From a candidate division FCPU426 bacterium (GTDB lineage: Bacteria; Oederibacteriota; Muellerivitia; Muellerivitales; Muellerivitaceae), in assembly GCA_963796105.1 (NCBI GenBank), contig CAWCKJ010000003.1, forward strand, positions 768,001 through 832,000: a stretch of DNA of 64,000 nt, in the 5' to 3' direction. Shown in pieces: positions 60,633 through 64,000 of the stretch. How positions within the stretch are numbered: the first letter of the stretch is position 1; the number at the start of each line of letters is the position of its first letter. The notes under the pieces are model-generated. The model searched no databases. It worked only from the letters and a program-made list of their open reading frames with translations, and was not told the origin of the DNA. The position numbers were made by a program, and so were the translations under genes.

Positions 60633-61907
60633 TCACTTTTTTGGGGATAACATTTGGTCAATGTCATCCGCCATTTTAGAAAGCTGGCCCAGTTGATCCG
60701 GTGTCACACCCTTCATGTGGTTTTGGCTCAAAGCTTTATTCATGGCCTGGCCCAATGCCTTTTGCTTGTCGGAGAATTTTTTAAAATCCGCGGGAGTAAT
60801 CTTCATCATCATTCTGGCTTTCAAGATCCTGTCATCCTGATCCTTCACCCTGGCTTTCAATTTATCCAGGCTTACCAGCTTGCCGGGCGCCGTGGCAATA
60901 GCGGCCGGCTTCGCCGCGGGTTGAACACCAAGTTTTGAAACGGGTTTCGCGGCAGAGCCCGATGTCCCGATGGAAGGTTGGTTTGGTTGAGGAGTCGCCA
61001 TGGCAACCGGCTGAGTAACTACCGCTGTTGAATTAGGCAATACCCTATTCACCGGCGTTTCGGCAGGCTGGGAAACCTGCGCTCCATTAGTGTTTAATCC
61101 AGGATTCCTAGCCGGAGTTCCTTGATTGCCGGAAGAGGGAGGAGGTACGGTTCCTGGTTTTGCGGAATAATGCCTTTGGAAATCATTCGGTCCATTTCCC
61201 CAAGCGGGGTTCTTTTCATTGAAGGCTTGATTACCATATATGCCATGGTGAATGAGCCTATTATTTGCCACCACCATCCGGCGCAATTGGAACATCTGGT
61301 CTTTGTTCAAGTCCATCCGGCCGTTTTGCCGGTAATAACTTTGCTCGGTGTTATAGACGATATTGATCTGTACCCTCATGGATTGAGCCTGTTCCTGGGT
61401 CAATCGGTTGGATTGGACCGCCGTATTGACGGCTACCTGCTGTTGATACAAATCCTGATGAAGTTTGGAGATGTAAAGGTACCTGTCCCCTGGTGATCCG
61501 TAATCATAATTATTGCCACCTTGGAACCCTTGAATCCAAGCCTCCCGTCTGGCAATAGCGTCATTGATGGCTTGTCCGTTGTCATCCAGCATGGCATTCA
61601 ACGAGGTAGTTTGGGAGTAATTCAAGTCCTGCCCCCCGTTTTCATTCATGTAATTCGAGGACATCCTCCTGAACATCTCGTCGTTCTCAGCCAGGCCTTC
61701 AGCGGAATTCTGATCCAAATTCCCTGCTTGTAATGCCCCATCGATCCTGGTGATTTGCTGTCGGATTCGGGTTTCAATTTGGGCGGCATTGGGATTAGGG
61801 GGTGCTGCTTCATTGGTCTGGACAAATCGGATGGTACAACCTGTTTGAACAAGCCCCAAAAACAAGAGGGAAAGGGTTATCCACATATTTTGGTATTTAA
61901 ATTTCAT
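60633..61907 (-). CDS. Hypothetical lipoprotein with helical repeats
   Basis: GGAGGAG RBS, QTGC lipobox-like site, Pro/Ala-rich linker. Confidence 0.7.
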   Translation of the reverse strand: MKFKYQNMWITLSLLFLGLVQTGCTIRFVQTNEAAPPNPNAAQIETRIRQQITRIDGALQAGNLDQNSAEGLAENDEMFRRMSSNYMNENGGQDLNYSQTTSLNAMLDDNGQAINDAIARREAWIQGFQGGNNYDYGSPGDRYLYISKLHQDLYQQQVAVNTAVQSNRLTQEQAQSMRVQINIVYNTEQSYYRQNGRMDLNKDQMFQLRRMVVANNRLIHHGIYGNQAFNEKNPAWGNGPNDFQRHYSAKPGTVPPPSSGNQGTPARNPGLNTNGAQVSQPAETPVNRVLPNSTAVVTQPVAMATPQPNQPSIGTSGSAAKPVSKLGVQPAAKPAAIATAPGKLVSLDKLKARVKDQDDRILKARMMMKITPADFKKFSDKQKALGQAMNKALSQNHMKGVTPDQLGQLSKMADDIDQMLSPKK

Positions 61908-62049
61908 TTTTCACTCCTCCGATTGGTAATCGACTTATCCACAATGACCAGCCCCGAAAAGGTTTTACGGTTTCCTAAACAGCCCTTTGCCAAAACCGAA
62001 ATCATTTTAATGTTAAAAAGACTCCCAAGCCAGGACATTGAATGACGAA

Positions 62050-62652
62050 TCAATCAACCTTTAACAATGTGAAAGATATGCCCTTTTTATTGTTTTCGGT
62101 GGCCATACCCAGAATATTTCCCTCAGAATCCTTCAGGAAGGTCACCTCGTATTCCGAATGAATCTCTTTAAAATCGCCGTCTTCTTCCTGCGCAAAGCGG
62201 ATTTCATCCGAGCCATTCTCCATTTTAATAACGAGGAGTCCTTCCTTCGCCTCCGCCCTCGCTTGATCGCCAACTTTTTGATTAAAGTTGGCCGAAACAT
62301 CCTCAAACCGGTATTGCCCCTCATATGGATGCAGTTCCAAATCCATTTGCTGGATCTGGTTTTCCCGGCGAACCATCACGAAGATAACCACAAGAATCGC
62401 AGAAACAATGCCAGCGATCAAAAGAAGAGGGCCAATCAATTTCTTTGGCCTTTTCTCGAGTTCTCTTGCCGTTTCAATTCTTTTAGGCGTCTCAAGAACT
62501 TTTTCCAGAACACCTGGGCGCCTTGCCCTGGCAGGCAGGGAGGATTTACCGGCCGACCGAAGAGTCGTTTTTTTACGACTTTTGGGTCTTCGGGCCTTTA
62601 CCGCGATTTTCTTAGGCCGAATGCTTGAAGGCTTTTTCTTCTTCGTTTTCAA
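62050..62652 (-). CDS. Hypothetical membrane-anchored protein
   Basis: Basic N-terminus, one TM helix, beta-rich C-terminal domain. Confidence 0.65.
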   Translation of the reverse strand: MKTKKKKPSSIRPKKIAVKARRPKSRKKTTLRSAGKSSLPARARRPGVLEKVLETPKRIETARELEKRPKKLIGPLLLIAGIVSAILVVIFVMVRRENQIQQMDLELHPYEGQYRFEDVSANFNQKVGDQARAEAKEGLLVIKMENGSDEIRFAQEEDGDFKEIHSEYEVTFLKDSEGNILGMATENNKKGISFTLLKVD

Positions 62653-62819
62653 ACATTTTCTCCTTCAATTGACAGGTCCCAACAAGCCAAAACATTTCCA
62701 ACTCCACTTACCCGGCTTGATGGGATAAAAAATAATTATTCGAATATATTCCCTTTATTCCGCTGGTCAATCGTGCATTATTAGTCCATCAAATTAGGTT
62801 TTTAGATCTATTCGAACCA

Positions 62820-63089
62820 TCATCCCCAATAGGTCGGCGCGCCGAAAAGATGGAAGAATCTTGCGATGAAATACGCCGCCGGCAGTATGGCGAGGCCGAT
62901 CACCAGGCCTAAATAAAAAGCCTTGCGCCTTTGCCGATAGATGAAACCGGGCTCAGCCAGGGAGGAAAGGCCATCTTGCACCGCGCCAAGCCGGGTTTTC
63001 AGCGTTTTCTCGTCCAGGGAACCCTGCCGATATTCCTGTGCAAGAGATTCCATCCCTGTGAAAAACTTTTCGTAAACCTCGTCAGCCAT
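62820..63089 (-). CDS. Small hypothetical membrane protein
   Basis: 89 aa with a C-terminal TM helix. Confidence 0.55.
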   Translation of the reverse strand: MADEVYEKFFTGMESLAQEYRQGSLDEKTLKTRLGAVQDGLSSLAEPGFIYRQRRKAFYLGLVIGLAILPAAYFIARFFHLFGAPTYWG

Positions 63090-63282
63090 AAGACCATCCT
63101 TGGGACCGCATAAAACCATGAAGTATATTGTAATGGTCCATGGGTCTCGATTAAACGCCCATGATAGATGGGTATCCTCAAAGGATTACGCTGTGTTAAT
63201 TGTTTGGTTTAACACAGAACTTTGACTATCTTGGTGTCCAGGTACCCGAGTCCCGATTGACAGAGCAAGGAAATATATGCCC

Positions 63283-64000
63283 ATGAAACCCCAGTTGACC
63301 ATTCTCCCAGAGCCTATCACCTTGACCACCCATATATGGCATAAGACTCCCCAAACCCTTTTGAATTTTCTGGTCGACCGCTTCCATTACCATTCACGCG
63401 AAGAGTGGGAAACCTTGATCAACGAGGGTAAAGTAAAGGTCAACCACCTTACCAGCTCCCCGGGCCAGCCTCTCCGGGCGGGAGATGAAATCGCTTATAC
63501 CACCAACGCTTGGGAGGAGCCTGAAGTCCGCAAGGATTACCGGGTGGTTTATGAGGATGAAACCCTCTTCGTTCTTTCCAAACCCGCGCCCCTTCCGGTT
63601 CACGCGATTGGGGCCTATTTCAAGAACACCCTGATGCACCTACTGCGTGAGGATATACCCGAATCCCGGAATTACCATTTAATCCACCGTTTGGATTCCG
63701 AAACCAGCGGATTGCTGATCCTGGTGAAAGACCAGCGCTTAGTGGCTCCCTTCCAAAAAGCTTGGAACCAGGATACCCATAAGACCTACCGGGCCATCGT
63801 TTTCAGGAAATTCCCCGAGGGCCGGCAAACCGTTGACGGGCCGATCGGCCCCAAAAAGGGTTCCCCCATCCGAATAAAACTATGTGTGAACCCTGTTGAG
63901 GGGCGCCCTTCCAAAACCGAATTCGAGTTGCTGGAGACCCGCGGGCATTTTTCCTTGTTGGAAGCAAGGCCCATCACGGGCCGAACCCACCAGTTGCGAG
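63283..64000 (+). CDS. RluA-family pseudouridine synthase (runs off the window end)
   Basis: Read manually: S4-like start, VYEDE...SKPAPLPVH, IHRLDSETSG, ITGRTHQLR. Confidence 0.9.
   Translation, partial: MKPQLTILPEPITLTTHIWHKTPQTLLNFLVDRFHYHSREEWETLINEGKVKVNHLTSSPGQPLRAGDEIAYTTNAWEEPEVRKDYRVVYEDETLFVLSKPAPLPVHAIGAYFKNTLMHLLREDIPESRNYHLIHRLDSETSGLLILVKDQRLVAPFQKAWNQDTHKTYRAIVFRKFPEGRQTVDGPIGPKKGSPIRIKLCVNPVEGRPSKTEFELLETRGHFSLLEARPITGRTHQLR

Overview
Chromosomal window from a diderm bacterium; most genes are on the minus strand. Core content: a pstSCAB-phoU operon with a porin, two PilZ proteins and an HD-GYP protein, trpB2, a group 3b [NiFe]-hydrogenase operon, an acyl-CoA dehydrogenase/FixCX-like/ETF operon, clpS, a GH27 enzyme, an NYN protein and a partial RluA-family gene. 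Two giant secreted carbohydrate-active proteins (GH8 and expansin-like) sit on ~1000-aa Pro/Thr stalks. They and an FG-GAP protein end in T9SS/FlgD-Ig-like C-terminal domains. Three IS elements have exact ends and target duplications: one IS481-like with a frameshift at an A9 run, and two IS1595-family, one of which splits an NHL lipoprotein gene. The most striking unexplained structure is at 47.5-50.7 kb. The 3' end of a GT-C/TPR gene occurs three times as diverged, frame-preserving copies. Each copy ends at a tRNA-3'-like TGGCTCCC motif and is followed by a different minus-strand cargo (HigBA, BrnTA, a low-GC membrane gene), forming an integrase-less cassette array. All family calls come from motif recognition by eye; no database searches were run.
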